Assembly (NCBI GenBank): GCA_010909165.1
Contig: VJWM01000192.1
Span: 248,001 to 312,000, forward strand
Direction of reading: 5' to 3'
DNA: 64,000 nt
Source: Anthoceros angustus
Lineage: Eukaryota > Plantae > Anthocerotophyta
How positions within the stretch are numbered: position 1 is the first letter of the stretch; each line of letters opens with the position of its first letter. The translations under genes were made by a program, and so were the position numbers. Below, piece after piece: positions 1 to 14,085 of the stretch. The notes beneath the pieces are model-generated. The model was given only the letters and a program-made list of their open reading frames with translations, was not told the origin of the DNA and did no database searches.

Positions 1-127
1 AGGTATAGCAGCAGCAATGCGTGAACTGTCGTTCAAAGCTGACATCAAACCATGATGTCAGATCCTCTGGTGCTCCCGCTCTGCACTCTGCCTGTCTCTC
101 ACTCCAGCCAGCACCAGCGCAACGCAG

Positions 128-944
128 GTTAGGAGCGACGTCACCAGGTATCGATATGGAGACGAGCAGCATTTGGAGGAGGCTCTGAAGCGCATCTTCC
201 GGTATGGGCAGGTACGATTGTAGGCAAAGGCATGGCATGGCATGGCAGAGCTTAGCTAGCTAGGTTTGATTGCAAAATGATCTAGACCTATTTCAAGAGA
301 GACCAAAGCTGAATTCAAGCCTCTTTCGCTTCTTCCCCTTTGCAGGCGGGTGGCATCCAGAGAAGAAACGCCCCTACGTTGCAGTCAATCCGCGAAGAAG
401 TAAGTTAGCTAGCAATCTGACCAAACCTCACCTTGCAAGCATCCTCTAGAGTATGCTTACAAGTGCAGAGAGGTGAAGTAAGTGCAGGTGAGTGAGAATG
501 GCTATTACACACTGGTGCTGGTGTTCCAAGCCACAGCGCTCAAGTTGGAGGATTTCGTGTCTCGACAGGTAAGCATGACCTAGCTGCTTTGTTGAGCTGA
601 GCTACAGAGACGTCTCTCTGATTGTAGAAACGAGCACTGTGCGAGGAGAGGACTAGTAGTCCACTGCTGACCAGTATACTGTCCGTTGCCGGTTGGCTCT
701 TGGCAGGCCAAATTCACGTCCTTCTTCGGACCCGGCGTGAGCGCAGACATCGGTAAGCACTGCCATGCATCTCTTCACAACATCTCTTGTCAGCAGCATC
801 TTTCTTGTTCAGCAACATCTGAATACTTCTGGGCACCATGTGCCAGTGGAAGCCGGAGACGCCAACGTGTACGAGGTGCGGCTGGTAGCTCAGGAAGCAT
901 CTCCGGCCCCGGCGCCCGCTTCCCCTTCCGCTTCCGCCTCATAG
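128..944 (+). CDS. APE1: APE1 / DUF2854 thylakoid protein (Acclimation of Photosynthesis to Environment 1), 3' exons only; the gene starts upstream of the window
   Basis: GT-AG exons 128-211, 346-399, 488-568, 707-752 and 847-944 splice to VRSDVTRYRYGDEQHLEEALKRIFRYGQAGGIQRRNAPTLQSIREEVSENGYYTLVLVFQATALKLEDFVSRQAKFTSFFGPGVSADIVEAGDANVYEVRLVA...*, matching the plant APE1 C-terminus. Confidence 0.92.
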
Positions 945-1404
945 AACATTCTGAGAACATAGTCCAATTTTTTCTGGCGTCGCACATTCCTGCCAAACAG
1001 TGTAGACGAGACGCTTGCTAGGGAAGGCAAGGCTGGAAGGGAAAGAGGGCTTTATCTATGGTGTGTGCCCTGCCCGGCCCTGCCCTGCCGCACAGGTACA
1101 TTATCCAGGGACGGTAAATGGGCCCAGGACAGCCTTTTCACACGCCAAGATAGTACATATATTCTTTCACACAAAGTAAGCGGGTCGTTGGTTGTCTTGT
1201 ATTTATATGTGCTGGACATTGCTCCTGGGCAGGGATAGGATAACGCGCTGTTGCTGTTGTTGCCAACTCGACGAAGGCAAACTGGGATTCGCGGCTCTCG
1301 ACAGCGGAGAGGATGGCCACGCTGTAGCGGAGAAGAGACGAGACGAGACGAGACGAGGCGAGGCGAGCGGCCCGGGCTCGGGCGCGGAAGCGGAACGGGA
1401 GGCC

Positions 1405-4400
1405 ATGGCGGCTGCTGCTTCCAGCGCGCGCCTCGGCGATCTGGTGGCCTGGCGCAGCTGCGGGTGCCAGCAGCCCAAGCTGCACCCTCTCAGGCTCTCG
1501 AGAGAGCACACGCATCACGCTGCCAGGGCTGCGTCCCGGCCTCTCATCACTTCCGTCTCGCCGTCTTGTCGAATTCGGACTCGGCATTCCAGGTTGCTAG
1601 ATGCATCGCCCTTTGCTGCGCCGTGGCAGTGCTGTGCTGTGCTGTGCTCTTGCGTGCCCTACCTGCAAGCAAGGTTCACCACTTCCCTGTCTCCCCGCAG
1701 CGGCAATCACAGGAAGGCGCAGCAGCAGTCCAGGAAGAGCTTGCGCGACCGGCCGCCCGCTGCCGAGGAGGAAAGCGGGAAAGGAGGCTCGGCCGGCCTC
1801 GAACTCGACGAGGATGTCGATGTCACCGCAGACCAGCCCCTCCCCGTGCAATCCGCTGTGCAGCAGCAGCCGCAGCAGCAGCCGCAGCAGCAGCAGCAGC
1901 CTCAGCAGTCCGCTGTGCAGCCTTTGGTACTCTATTCGGACTAGGTTCCTCCAAGCCTTGCCATCTGTGTCCTGAATGGAATTCTTACCCGCTCTGCGCC
2001 CTCCACCCTCTCGCTCACTCACCCCTCTCTCTCCGTCGTCTGCCTCAGGGGTCGCAGAAGGCGAGCGTGGTGGACGTTCCTACCAGGGGTGTGAGCGTGG
2101 ATGACCTCATGAACATGATCAAGGATGCTGAGAAAAGTGAGGGGACTGACTTACTGTTCTCTCCCATGCTCCCTAAATCGCTTAAAAACTCTTGGCTTGG
2201 CTTGAGTGGAGATGAGAATCTACCTTTCTCTAGCTGGCTAGGCTACTCTTCTAACCCTGAGCTTGCCGTGGTTGGTGGTGTTTGTTTGTTCGAAGACATC
2301 CTGCTGCTCAACCAGGTGCGGGCACGTGCTCTGGAAGAGCTTGATAAAGCACGAAGTGACAAGGAATCCCTTCAGGGCCAAGTGAATATCTTGCAGACAC
2401 GGCTGGCAGAAGCAGATGCCAAGCTTAAACTGGCCGCTCAGACCAGGGCCAAGAATGAGGTCCTGGAAGAGGAACTGGCATTGGTCAGAAGTAGGTTAGC
2501 GGACAAATATGGCGCTGGAGCCGGGAAGTCGAATTTGGAAGCTGATTACAGAAAGCTGCAGCTGCAGGTGCTGAATCTGGAAGCCCAGTTGCAGTCCTCC
2601 CAGGCCGCTGCGGAGGAAGTAAGCTCGCTCAGGTCCCAGGCTGAAAGTTTGGAGCAACAGCTTAAGCTAGTTAGGTCAACAAGCGCTGCCGAGCTATTGA
2701 TGAAAGACAGAGTCAACACTCAGGTGCAGACCACCAATGCGCAGTTGCAGGAGTATGTGAACGATCTAGAGAATAAGCTAGCTGTAGCCGAGGCGAGATT
2801 GTTGCAGCTTCCGCCTCTTGGCATCAGAGAGGATCTCATGGTGGATGCTGCTGATCTCACAGGAACTGAAGCAGGTGCTGATCGGGAAGGGAATGTTGCA
2901 TCTGATGCAGAGGTTGCCAATCTCCGAGCCAAGGTGGCTCAGTTGCAGATATCATTGCTGCAGGCGGAGCAAGACAGGGTCGTCTTGGAGAAGAGTCAGG
3001 CTGAAAACGTGAGACTCCGGGACCAGGTGCAGTTGTTGGAGCAGAGACTCCAAGAATCTGACGCTGAAATAAGATCCCAGCTTGAGCAATACCAGGCTGA
3101 GGTGGAATCTTTTCAAACCAGTCTCGAAAGGGTCAAGAGCAAACAACAAGGTGCAGCTGAGGTTCCCGTTGGGGAGATGCCTTGGGATTTTTGGACTAGG
3201 ATGCTGTTGCGGATAGATGCCTTGATGCTTGCAAAACAGATTGCCATTGAAGAGGGTAGGGAGTTACGACTTATGGCTTGGAGGCGTGAGGCCCGTATTC
3301 GGGATGCATTCGTGGCTGCTGAGGATGAAAGTGATGAGCGTGTCATAGCCAGCTTGTTGCAGCTCACAAAGGCAAGGCAAAAGTGGGTTGCTCTCTTGGA
3401 TGGATGTCACTTCTGCTGCCTGAGTTATGGCTTTTGTGACTTGACTCAGGCTTGTGCTTGAAGTCAGCAGAATTTGTTTGCGCTCTGTTCCTGTGTGGTG
3501 GAGGGCCTTGATCTTTCTGACTGAACAGTATTCTGTATTGTGCCTTGCAGACCTGGGTTACATGTTGTGCATATTGCTGCTGAGATGGCACCGGTTGCAA
3601 AGGTATTGTGGTATCTTGCCTGCCGCAAAATACTTTAATTCGTGTCTTGTTTGTCCTTTCAGCCCTCTCAGGTTACTGAATTTTTTTTCACTCCTTTCTT
3701 GGAAGGTTGGGGGCTTAGGGGATGTGGTGACTGGGCTGGGTAAAGCCCTGCAAGCCAAAGGTCACTTGGTGGAGGTTATTCTTCCGAAATACAATTGTAT
3801 GGACTATAGTAGAATCAAACTTCTCAAGGTACTTCCGTCACGTGCTTTGTCAACCAAACAAATGCTGTCAGTCTCTGGACTCCAGCAGGCTCACTTATTT
3901 GACTTTGTATGGATGTTGGGACCACAGTTGCAGATGGCACAACTCAATTTACTTATGTAGTGACTTTATATCTTGTCTTTGCAGGTCCTGGACATTGAAC
4001 TTCTGTCCTACTTTGATGGCCAGATGCACAAAAACAAAGTCTGGCATGGAATTGTTGAAGGTGTGTTGTCGCACGTTGTCATAGTTACCTAGTCGATACT
4101 GTCTGGCTGGGGAGCGGATGCTATTTAGAAATTGTTGTTCTACCTCCAGAGTAACGGCACACTATGTATGCTTTTTTTGTGCTTCCAGGCCTTCCGGTGT
4201 ACTTTATAGAGCCGCTGCACCATCAAAGGTTTTTTTGGAGAGGAGCATTCTATGGGGAGAACGATGATTTCAGGCGATTCACATATTTTTGTCGCGCTGC
4301 TTTGGAGTTTTTACTCCAAGCAGGCAAGAAACCCGATATAATTCACAGCCATGATTGGCAGACGGCTATTGTGGTATGCCCTTTCATGTGTTGGACAACG

Positions 4401-6654
4401 TGCAATGCTTGTTGGGCGGCCTTGTTGGTGGTGTCTCTTCTGTGCAATGACTTAGAACAGTCGTTTATGAAAGGTGTCACGTGATTTTTGGAGTCGATGT
4501 GTTGTTGGTCTCTGAAATTCATGTTGGTTCACATTTCTTTATCGTCGAGCTGCCGTCGTGTTGTCCTCTGTCAGAGTAAGTGCGTTGTGTCGTGCTGTGA
4601 CTGCAGTGGGCTTGTTGCGTTGTTCTTTTCAAGCTTCCAGGCATTGTCGCCTCAGAACCAGGTCCAGCATTAGGCATTATTGTGTTTGGTTCCTGTGTAA
4701 ACGTTTGTCAATCTTCCCTGGATGTCGTGATAATAATGCACATTGTGATGCTGCAGGCTCCTTTGTATTGGGATGTTTATGTCCCTCAGGGCTTGGACTC
4801 TGCAAGACTTGCCTTTACGTGTCACAACTTTGAGTATCAAGGCACAGAGTCCCCTGCGGCAATAGCAGCCTGCGGACTGGTGCCCCAACAACACTACCGT
4901 CAAGATCGGATGCAAGACAGTTTCTTCCATGATAGGATAAATCTCCTGAAGGTAGCATGCAGGATGGACGGGGTTTGCTTGCCCGCAGTGATGTGGTTTT
5001 CTCAGGTGGGTCTGGTTCTGGTTGTTTTTCGGTGCTGTGCAGGGAGGAATAGTTTTCTCGAACATCGTCACGACTGTGTCACCCACGTATGCGGAAGAGG
5101 TCCGAGGCCCCGAGGTAGCATATTGCTCGTTGCCCGCGCTTGGGAAGTTTGCTTGTCCTGTTCACCATCTCTCCAATTGGTATCTGGCTTTCCCACTAGA
5201 ATTTGACATCGATGTTGATGCTGGCAACAGGGCGGTCGGGGCCTCCATGTGACGATCGCGAGCCACGCTGCGAAGTTTGTGGGCATCCTGAACGGGATCG
5301 ACGATGAGGCCTGGGATCCTTCCAATGACCCGCTGTTGGATTTCCCATTCAGTGCCGATGATTTGAGCGGCAAGCAAGCGAATAAGAAAGCGCTGAGAAC
5401 ACGTTTGGGGCTGGCTGCAACTGGGTCGGATGAGGAAAGGCCGCTGGTAAGAAGGCTTGCTGGGTGCGGGCGGGGAGGCGTTGGGCGGGTGTGGTTGACA
5501 CACTTTTCGGAATTGAAGGTGGAGTGTTTGGTGGTCCTTGTCAGGTGGGTTGCATCACGCGGCTGGTGCCACAGAAGGGCGTGCATCTCATACGACATGC
5601 AATCTACCGAACTTTGGAGCTGGGCGGGCAGTTCATTCTTTTGGGTTCCAGTCCAGTGGCGGAAATCCAGGTAACGTGGTAGTGATTGAGTGGGTAAAGG
5701 CAGCCCAGCCCAGCATTTAAGGAGTGAGTGTGTAAGGTTGGGGGCTGAGGGTGGTGTGCTGCGCTGTGCTGTGGTCTGGTGTGCGTGTGTGCAGCGAGAG
5801 TTTGAAGGCATAGCCCGGAGTTTCGAGAATCACCCTCATGTGCGACTGGTGTTGAAGTATGATGAGACGCTGTCGCACTCGATCTATGCAGCCTCGGATG
5901 CATTCGTGATCCCATCGCTGTTTGAGCCGTGTGGGCTGACGCAGGTGCGGTGCGTCAGCACTTGAGGTGCAACTGGCTGTCCGAGAAGGCCGGCGACACC
6001 CTTGTATGCCTGGCTGTTATGTGTGTTTGTAGGGGTGGGGTGACCGAGGTGTTGTGTGGTTGTGGAACAGATGATCTCGATGCGCTATGGAGCTATACCG
6101 GTTGCCAGGAAAACCGGCGGTCTGAACGACAGGTGGGCTTGTTTCCTTGCTCGTGCGCTTTGTTGGTATTTTGCCTCTTGGCGCGCTGTGAGTGACATGA
6201 AATTGGTGTGTGGCTCGAGTGTGCAGTGTTTTTGATGTGGACGATGCCAGCATCGGTGAGGATCGGAGGAACGGCTTCACCTTCACGGCAGCCACCGAGG
6301 AGGTTGGTGGTTCTTGCCTGCCCTGCCCTGCCCTAGCTGAGGTTGTATGCGAGATTCAGTAGTGATGGTTAGGGAGTGAGGGAGTCAGGGTTTAGGGAGT
6401 TAGGGTTGGGTCGATATAGATGCAGCGCGGTTGGTATGAGGATGTGAGAGGTGATGGTGGTTGTGGGTCCGCAGGGGTTGAACTACGCGCTGGAGCGGTG
6501 TGTGCGCTACTACCAAGAAAGGTCGGCGTGGTGGCGCGAGCTGGTGAAGGCGAGCATGAGGATGGACTTCAGCTGGCGGACGTCGGCGGAACAGTACGTG
6601 AGCCTGTACGCGCAGAGCGTAGAGAGGGCCAGATCTCGCGGCTCCTCCAATTGA
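1405..6654 (+). CDS. SS4: Starch synthase 4 (GT5 glycosyltransferase), plastid-targeted, with N-terminal coiled-coil; multi-exon
   Basis: ATG 1405 ([10 protein letters not shown].., transit-peptide-like). Exons 1405-1592, 1701-1926, 2049-2136, 2296-3382 give the SS4-type coiled-coil [17 protein letters not shown]. Later exons give [67 protein letters not shown]; stop at 6654. Confidence 0.95.
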
Positions 6655-7693
6655 AGCCTGCAGCTTTTGTCGGCAGTCCAAGTCGTGACACGTGCAGGGA
6701 GGCATGCATTGCATGCATTGCGCAAGCCGGCGCGACGGCTTCTGCCTCAGCTTCTGTGCAGCTGTGCTAGCCTAGTGCCTACTGGAATTCCAAGCTCCCG
6801 GAGGTTCCATCCGCGGTGGCACCTGGAATTAGATTCATCTCCTTTGCTCCCTTTGTTCTCTTACTGTACTGTACCAGTGCTGGAATGGCACCACTGTTAT
6901 TTATTGTAGTAACTGTAAGCTCTCGGAGAGTCGTGCTTTTTCCCTTTTTTATTGTTTTTCTGTGGTACTTGGTATACATCCACCCAACTGCTGCCCTGCC
7001 CTGCCCTGCCCTCTCGCATAGGGATGCAATGTATGTACCGTGGTGCATGAAGTGTACATTGTGATTGATATAGTACAGAATCCAATTCAATCCAATCCAA
7101 TCCGGTCCAGGCAAGGAGTGTCTCGTTGTCTTTCCTTAGCTTTGCTTCCTTTTGGTCGCTTCAAGTTTGGGTTTGCTGCGTGTGACGGAGATGCTCAGAG
7201 ATGATATGCGCAGCCTTGAGGGTATGTAAGTACATGCTTGCATGGTAATGCGTGCCCAAATGTGGTGTAGTGTGGTAAGAGTCTCCAGAGTGTGGGAGAC
7301 ATGGACGCGTTTGTTGGCAGTGTGGAGAAAAGCGAGAGAGCGGTGCGGGCAGCGGCCGTTGGGGGCGAGGGCGAGCCTGGGCTTGCCGGGCGTGGCGTTG
7401 ATGAGTGGGTGATGATGATGGAGAGGATAGAATGGCGTGCCCTGGCAGGCGAGGCGGTGGAATCCTGAAAGCGTGTGCTGCTTGCCTGCCTCCCAGAGAA
7501 GCAGGGAACCGGGGCCCGGCCCGGCCCGACCCGGCCCAGTCTCTGCGGGACGGGGGACGCGGGACGCGGGACGCGGGACTGGGAGACCGGGAGACCGGGA
7601 GACCGGGAGACCGGGAGTGGAGTGATGACGAGTCACACGGCTTATTTTTGAGTCAGGCAGGCAGGAGTCAGGAGTCAGGACTGACTGAATCGT

Positions 7694-8605
7694 CTCTCTC
7701 TCTCTCTCTCTCTCTCTCTCCCCCTTTGTGTGTGATGATCCGAACCATGTGTGATCCGCAGACAGGGCAGAGGGCGTGGCAGTGGGTCTGGCAGGGAGCG
7801 GCGCACACAAGATTTTCTGACCTGACCTCATGCACCGCGTTCGCGCCGCAAGGGAAGGAAGGATGGAAGGATGGAAGCATGGAAGACAGAAGAAGATGAG
7901 GGAGGGAGGGAGGAAGGAAGGAAGGAAGGAAGGAAGGAAGACAGAAAGAAAGAAAGAAAGAAAGTGGAATCGAGGGAGGAGGAGGCGGCGGGCCCCGACT
8001 GCCGAGGGAGCGAGCCCATATGGCGGGCGGCGCCGGTGGGCGGGCGGGGCCGGGCAACACTTCAAGCCCAGGCTGCCACCTGCCAAGGGGCTGTGACCTG
8101 GGGTGGTGTCCTCGTGGGAGTAGGCGGGGCAGTCGGCTCGTGGGCTTAGGACACATCGCCCCATGGCCCGCCCCTGCTTGGGCTTGGCCAGGTTTGGGGC
8201 TGACGGTGATGGCCCTGATGGGGCCGCCCCTCGCCTCCGGTTGCCGGTCCCTGCACCCTGCACCCTGGCCCCAGGCCCCGAGAAAGGAAGCAAAGATGTG
8301 TGTCCCCGCCGCGCAGCCCAGCAGTCCAGCTGCAGCCGAGGCTCCCCCCTTGCCTTTGCCCTGCCCCCACCTAACCACGAAAGCCCCGCCCGTTTCCTTT
8401 CCTTTCCTTTCCTTTCCTTTCGCTAGACCCTGCCTTGCCATTGCTCTGCGCGCTTGCTTGCTGCCTGCGCTTCTTCCTCTTCTCCTTCTTCACTCTTCCT
8501 CGCCCCTGCTCCTTCCTTCCTCCTGCCCTCTTCCTTCGTCTTCTCCTTCTCCTTCTTCCTTCCTCGACTCGACTCGACTCGACTCGACTCGACTCGACTC
8601 GACTC
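7694..8605. repeat. Microsatellite cluster upstream of PLATZ: (CT)n 7694-7720, (GGAA/GAAA)n ~7905-7963, (CTCGA)n ~8563-8605
   Basis: Directly visible simple repeats; they explain the spurious long ORFs in this interval. Confidence 0.9.
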
Positions 8606-8994
8606 GCTGCTGCCCTGGCGTCCTCGTTCCCCTCTCCCAACTCAACACTCTCAGGCTAAGCGCGCGCTGCCCCCGCTTCTGCCTCTGGGTGTGCCCCTTG
8701 ACCACAACGCCTCCCCTCCCCTCCCCTCCCTTGCCCTGCCCTGCCCGCCCCATTCCAATTCCTTCTTCACTCTTGCCTGCTTGCGGCAAGTGCCCACCAC
8801 CCAATTCCCCGGAATTCGCCCTGCTGCCTGCGCCGCGGACCTCACCGCGCCCTGCGCCGCGCTCGCGCATCTCCATTCCGGCCGAATTGCGGGCCCAATT
8901 CATGCCTGGCCCTGCCCACGAGCTTGCGCACCTCTGCCGCCGCCTCCGCCCCCTCCTCCTCTTCCTCCTCCTCCGCGCTTGGTGACGTGTGGAA

Positions 8995-10052
8995 ATGCAG
9001 CGGGTCGGCGATCCCTGGCCCATGTGGTTGCTCCCATTGCTGCAGACCAGCTTCTTCACCTCCTGTCCGGAGCACGGCGTCAGCAACAAGAGCGAGTGCA
9101 ATCTCTTCTGCCTCGATTGTCTCGGCAAGGCGCTCTGCTCCTCCTGCTCCATTCCGCACAGGGAGCATCGCGTCGTGCAGGTAAATGTAAATGTGAATGT
9201 GCTTCTTCTCCTGCTGCTGTTGCTTCTCCTCCTTCCTTGCCCTGCCCCTGCCCCTGCGCTACCGCTACCGCTACCGCTACCGACTGCTCACCCTGTGCCA
9301 CGCAATGTTGCAGATTCGCCGCTCCTCCTACCACGATGTCATCCGGGTGTCCGAGATACAAAAGGTGCTGGACATCACCAGCGTGCAGACGTACATTATC
9401 AACAGCGCCAGGGTGGTGTTCTTGAACGAGAGGCCGCAGCCCCGGCCTGCCAAGGGGGTTACCAACACTTGCGAGACCTGCGAAAGGAGCCTCAACGATT
9501 CCTTCAGATTCTGCTCCCTCGGTTGTAAGGTGAGTGAATCCGCACTACATTTCCTCTCCTTGCCTGCAATGCGCCTCGCGTACCCGCCTCACCTCACTTG
9601 CTTGTCGCCTCGCTGTCCCTGCACAGCTTCAGGGAATCAAACTGCACCAGGATCTCTCATTCGTGCTGCAGCCCAGGTCATCACACCTGCCCTCCTCCTG
9701 CCAGGGCAGCATTCGGACCATGGATCCACACCACTCCACCACCACCACCACTGCCATCACCACCACCACCCATCAGGTCAGGAAGGCAAGGGTTAAGAAG
9801 GCTCCTACTAGCCCACTTCCTCACCATCATGTACTGCCACATGAGCGGACGGAGAACGACAACCCCAATGACATTGCCTACGTCAAGGCATTGTCCAAAG
9901 ATGCAGCTCACCCGGTGCTCGTCTCAGGCCTCACCCTCTCTGCTCCTCTTCCCCCTCTGGATATGTCTCCTCGCACCCCTCCCCCCACTACCTCCCTGCG
10001 GACAGCAAAGAGAAGGAAGGGGACTCCTCACAGGGCTCCCTTCTCATCCTAG
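8995..10052 (+). CDS. PLATZ zinc-binding transcription factor
   Basis: Exons 8995-9180, 9314-9529, 9627-10052 give [99 protein letters not shown]. Start codon uncertain. Confidence 0.95.
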
Positions 10053-11058
10053 TCTACAATCTTCCAGCCTTTGGCTCTCCCTGCCCCTGCCTTCCCCACC
10101 GTGTGCAGCGCCTAGCGCAGGGAAGCAAGATAGCTCACAGTTACCCTGTGTCTCATCTTGCTGCTGTACATAAGTTGTAGACTGGTGTCCATTCTTGTAT
10201 CTTTTGTTATAGCGCCCTATATGGATCCAGTAGCCCCTCTCCCCTCTACCTGCTTTTGGCTGATTGCCACTCTCTTATGCCTCTCTAGGAGCTGGGATGC
10301 CCGTCAACATTTAAAGAGCCCTGTTGAACAATGCATCCCCCCTCCCTCTCTCCCTTCATCCTGTAATTCCACAATTGCTTCCCCTTCTGGCCACAGACTT
10401 GAGGTATGCGTCAGGTAGCAAGCACCAACTTTCCTGCTTGCTGCTCCTCCTCTTCTCCTCTCCTGCTCACCTTGTACATCACATATTCTTTGCCCAGCTA
10501 ATGTGGCACCTATCTAGAAATTCTGTGCCCTTCACTGTAATATGTTTGGTACTCTTATTAACAGGTACCTTAGTACTGAGGCCACTGAATTCGTGGTTGG
10601 AATGCTGGGCTGGATCCTCTCCTTGCTAGTATTATGGAGGGATTGTGGAACCCAGCTCTACCCTTGTATATTATTAGCATTCTATTCATTCTGTAAAATG
10701 AATAAAACAGAGCAAACATTTGTGTGTTGTGCAGTGCAACGGAGAGAATATGAAAGCTGGTGTGATGAATGTCGCTGTTGCCGGCTCGGCTGCCTAGAAA
10801 CACATAATCTTCCGATCAAGTTCAAGTTAACATTTCTATGTGTGCTACTATGACCAAGTTTTCCATGCAGGCGAATGCTGTCTTCGGCTTCGGCTGCCTG
10901 GCATAAGCCTCTTTGCGCTGGACAATACGAGTTGCTGGGACATGGCAAAGCATATAAGGACAGGAACAGCTGCATGCAAGTATTTTTAGGTCTGCCCGCC
11001 CACGTATTCTATCTCAGGGTCTCAGGCGTATCATCAAGCTCCTGTTCGCGGCTCAACA

Positions 11059-13744
11059 ATGGGGAATACGGCCGAGAAACCGGAGCCTCCCCCCCCCATG
11101 GTTCTGGTGCCACCTCTCTTCCAGCGACCCCATCTCGCGACGCGTTCCCGGTGAATTTTTCTATGCCTACCTCGGGGGGGAAAGAAAAATGCTCCTTTCA
11201 TGATTCTACGCTCTTATGCCTATTGCTCTGCAGGATGGCCGAGTCCTCTTACGAGGTTCTGTTTAACAAAATAGCAAGGAAGCAGCTCTTCACAGACTAC
11301 TTTGATCTAAAGGATCAGGTGGTGGGGCAAATCTTGCTGCAGCCAGCGGATGACCCTCGGGTTGACATCACCGCAATTGTAACTCCATCATCGTCTCTGC
11401 CCCCTGGCCCCCTTACTTCCCCTTCCCTTGATCCTAACATTCTTTACTCGTGACAACCACACTCGTCTCTCACAGGTACGCACCTCTCATGAACGACCAG
11501 AGGCTAGCGGGGAGTGTACTTTTCGGTGGCAGCGGTATGACCATCTTTCCCGCTATGTGTATCCTTGTAACAGGTTGTTTGTTCAGCTGAGATCGTATCC
11601 TCCTCTTGCAGGGATTCGCTCGACCCCCACACGTTTGCGGACCTCACGGTTTCAAGCACCGAAAAGTATGCCAAGCTTTGAACCTATCTCCCTCCACTGG
11701 CTGTTGCACGCAGTCACCATTCACAACATTCTTCCTATCCTATAAAGATATCACTGTTACTGGAGTTTGCAGGTCCTCCACTGATTCGGTGTGTTGACTC
11801 AGTGCTTTGAAATTGCGAGCATCGTTGTTTTCACCAGAAACTGGCCTGGGTGCTTTTGCATCTGTGCCTATCGTGCGGAGAGACGGGTAAAGTAGCAGCC
11901 AGTTCATGCTTATCCTTCAATGATGCTTCATTGCTGCTTAAGTCCAGCATTATGTATCGTCCATGTGACCTCCCCTAAATGATAAGTTACTGAGTTGCTT
12001 TCTTGTTTCTGTCCGGAAAATTCTCCCCTCCGTTTGCAGGGATCAGGCTGAGGATTATGGTCATGCGGGTTTTAGGTTCTCTTCTGAAAGATTTACAGCA
12101 GGACTAACCGGGTCACCTTACTACCTTCTAGTGCAAGGTCTGCACGCCTCTCCATTGCCCGGGTCATGGCTACTTTTTGTAAGCAGGAAGTCGAGATGTT
12201 ACATGTGCTCGCTCCTCATGTGAGGTACTCGTATGTGCAGGAAAAATGGTCCCAACGACAGTGTGGCTTGCAGGGACACTGGGGCAGTTAACTGCAGGTC
12301 TTCAGTATAAGCCCCTTGGTAGGTAGGCCCTAACTGTGTCTTCACGTCCTGATCAAGTTTTCTAAAGCCGACTGTTGCTGCCATGTCTTTCTAGCTGATT
12401 CGTCGTGTCCTTTATGCACAGTGCTGAAGGATGAAACATTCCCAAATAACTGCAAAAACCTTGAGAATTGGAGCTTTGCACTGGACTATGGCACCGGCAG
12501 GGCAGGCCCTCTGCATCCGTCATTCAATTTTTGCTTAGAGTTTTGCAACAACCATAAGGTCTGGTGTTCTGCCCACACGTTCTTTTCCCCCAACATTGAG
12601 TGATGTGGATTCTCACCTCGTGTCTTCGTGTCACTGAAGCTCAGCTTCTAGCATCCTACTACCATCACTTGACTGTCCAGAGAAGGGTACGATCTTGGTA
12701 CCAGTTGCAACTTCACACACCCTTTGTCAGTTTCAGAATGGGGTATATAAGCAGAGTAGGAGATTTGCCCTCAATGGAAGGATGAAGGATTTGGTTGATC
12801 GAGGAGAGAAATAGGAGTGATAATCCGTCTCCATTGTCCTGCAGGTGAAGAATCCTTTCGAGGCTGATGAAGTTGTGGGAATCACAAACTACGTGGACCT
12901 TGGTTTTGAGCTTGAGCACAGGCAAGTATAGCGATGTCAGCAGTACATGGTCCATTTCATATTTTCACAGATGGCTATTCTCATGTGCAGTTTGGATACC
13001 AAGTCATTCGAGAATCTTAAAGGGAAGTCCCCACTGTCAAGTGCAAACTTAGTGGCATCCTGGCAGGCAAACAAAAACATCATGCTGAAGGTCTTTTGAA
13101 GGCCTTTGATTCTAGTGTGTTTTTTCTTTTTCCTCTTCTCAATCTGGTCTTAAAGTGTAAGGTGTGGAGAACGCTTACACAGTTGGACCTGTGCTATCAC
13201 GTGCTTTTAGGGCAAGCTGGGATCAATGACCTCTGGTGTCGTCCTAGTCTTGAAGTCGTGGTGGCAACCCTCTTTCACATTCGGATTTGCAGGTGGGGGG
13301 TTGTTTGAGGAAAGCTTTGAAGGTTGACCTGGTGGAGATGTGAGAATAAGATGTGCCCATCTGTTGCAGTAACCAGGAACCATTTCACGCAAAAAACTCT
13401 ATATGGTTTTGGCATTCGTATGGAGAACTTCGGGGGTGTAAGGTATTTTCATTATGTGTCTCCATATTTCAAACCATCCCATACATTCTGGGTATGTATT
13501 GTTTCTGGGGCTACCAGACAAGATGGACCAGCTATAATTGCTGTAGTGGGTGCTGACACACTTCACGTTTGGCAGCTACGAGAGGGCGGACCCGAACTAT
13601 GTAATTCTGACGCCAAGCAAAAAGCACATTGCAGAAGGGCTGATGAGGGACACTGGCAAGCGGCCAATTTTGGAGGAAGATGTGCTGTCGGGAATTGTGA
13701 AAGCTGTTTCGCCCGAACTGCAAAGCGGCGACAGGCTGTTGTGA
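11059..13744 (+). CDS. OM47: OM47-like plant mitochondrial outer-membrane beta-barrel protein (At3g27930 family); multi-exon
   Basis: Spliced product MGNTAEKPEPPPPMVLVPPLF..RMAESSYEVLF..DDPRVD..FRWQ..DPHTFADL..PSFNFCLE..ASYYHHLTVQRRVKNPFEADEVVGITNYVDLGFEL..ASWQANKN..SYERADPNYVILTPSKKHIAEG..RLL*. Confidence 0.88.
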
Positions 13745-14085
13745 CGCTCCACGGGCTACCAGCAGCAGTAGCATACTGTTCCAGGAGTCTGCGGACAGGA
13801 TGTTGTTCATCTTCAATTCTTACGGTTTCGTGTCATTGGTAATGGCATGGTGTAAGTGCGGTTGAAAATAGTATAGGGTAAAACCCCTGGAGTCACTGAT
13901 CCAAGTGTTTTTTTGTTTAGTGGCAAGTCTTGAGATCTACCTAGTACAACCTCATATATTGTACGTAGGCACAGACCTAGGTCTCCTTAGTATGCACCGC
14001 CGGGGCCGGGCCCGTCTGTTCCGTTCATAAGTACAATGCAGCATGAATCGCATCGCTAGCTACCCATATTACATTGACCTCGTGG

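Noticed and set aside
1251-3461. 736-aa ORF as a single-exon gene
   Set aside because: It is SS4 exons 3-4 read through introns with an out-of-frame N-terminus
7136-9425. Long ORFs (385, 321, 323 aa) upstream of PLATZ
   Set aside because: Low-complexity translations of GC-rich microsatellite-laden promoter and UTR sequence
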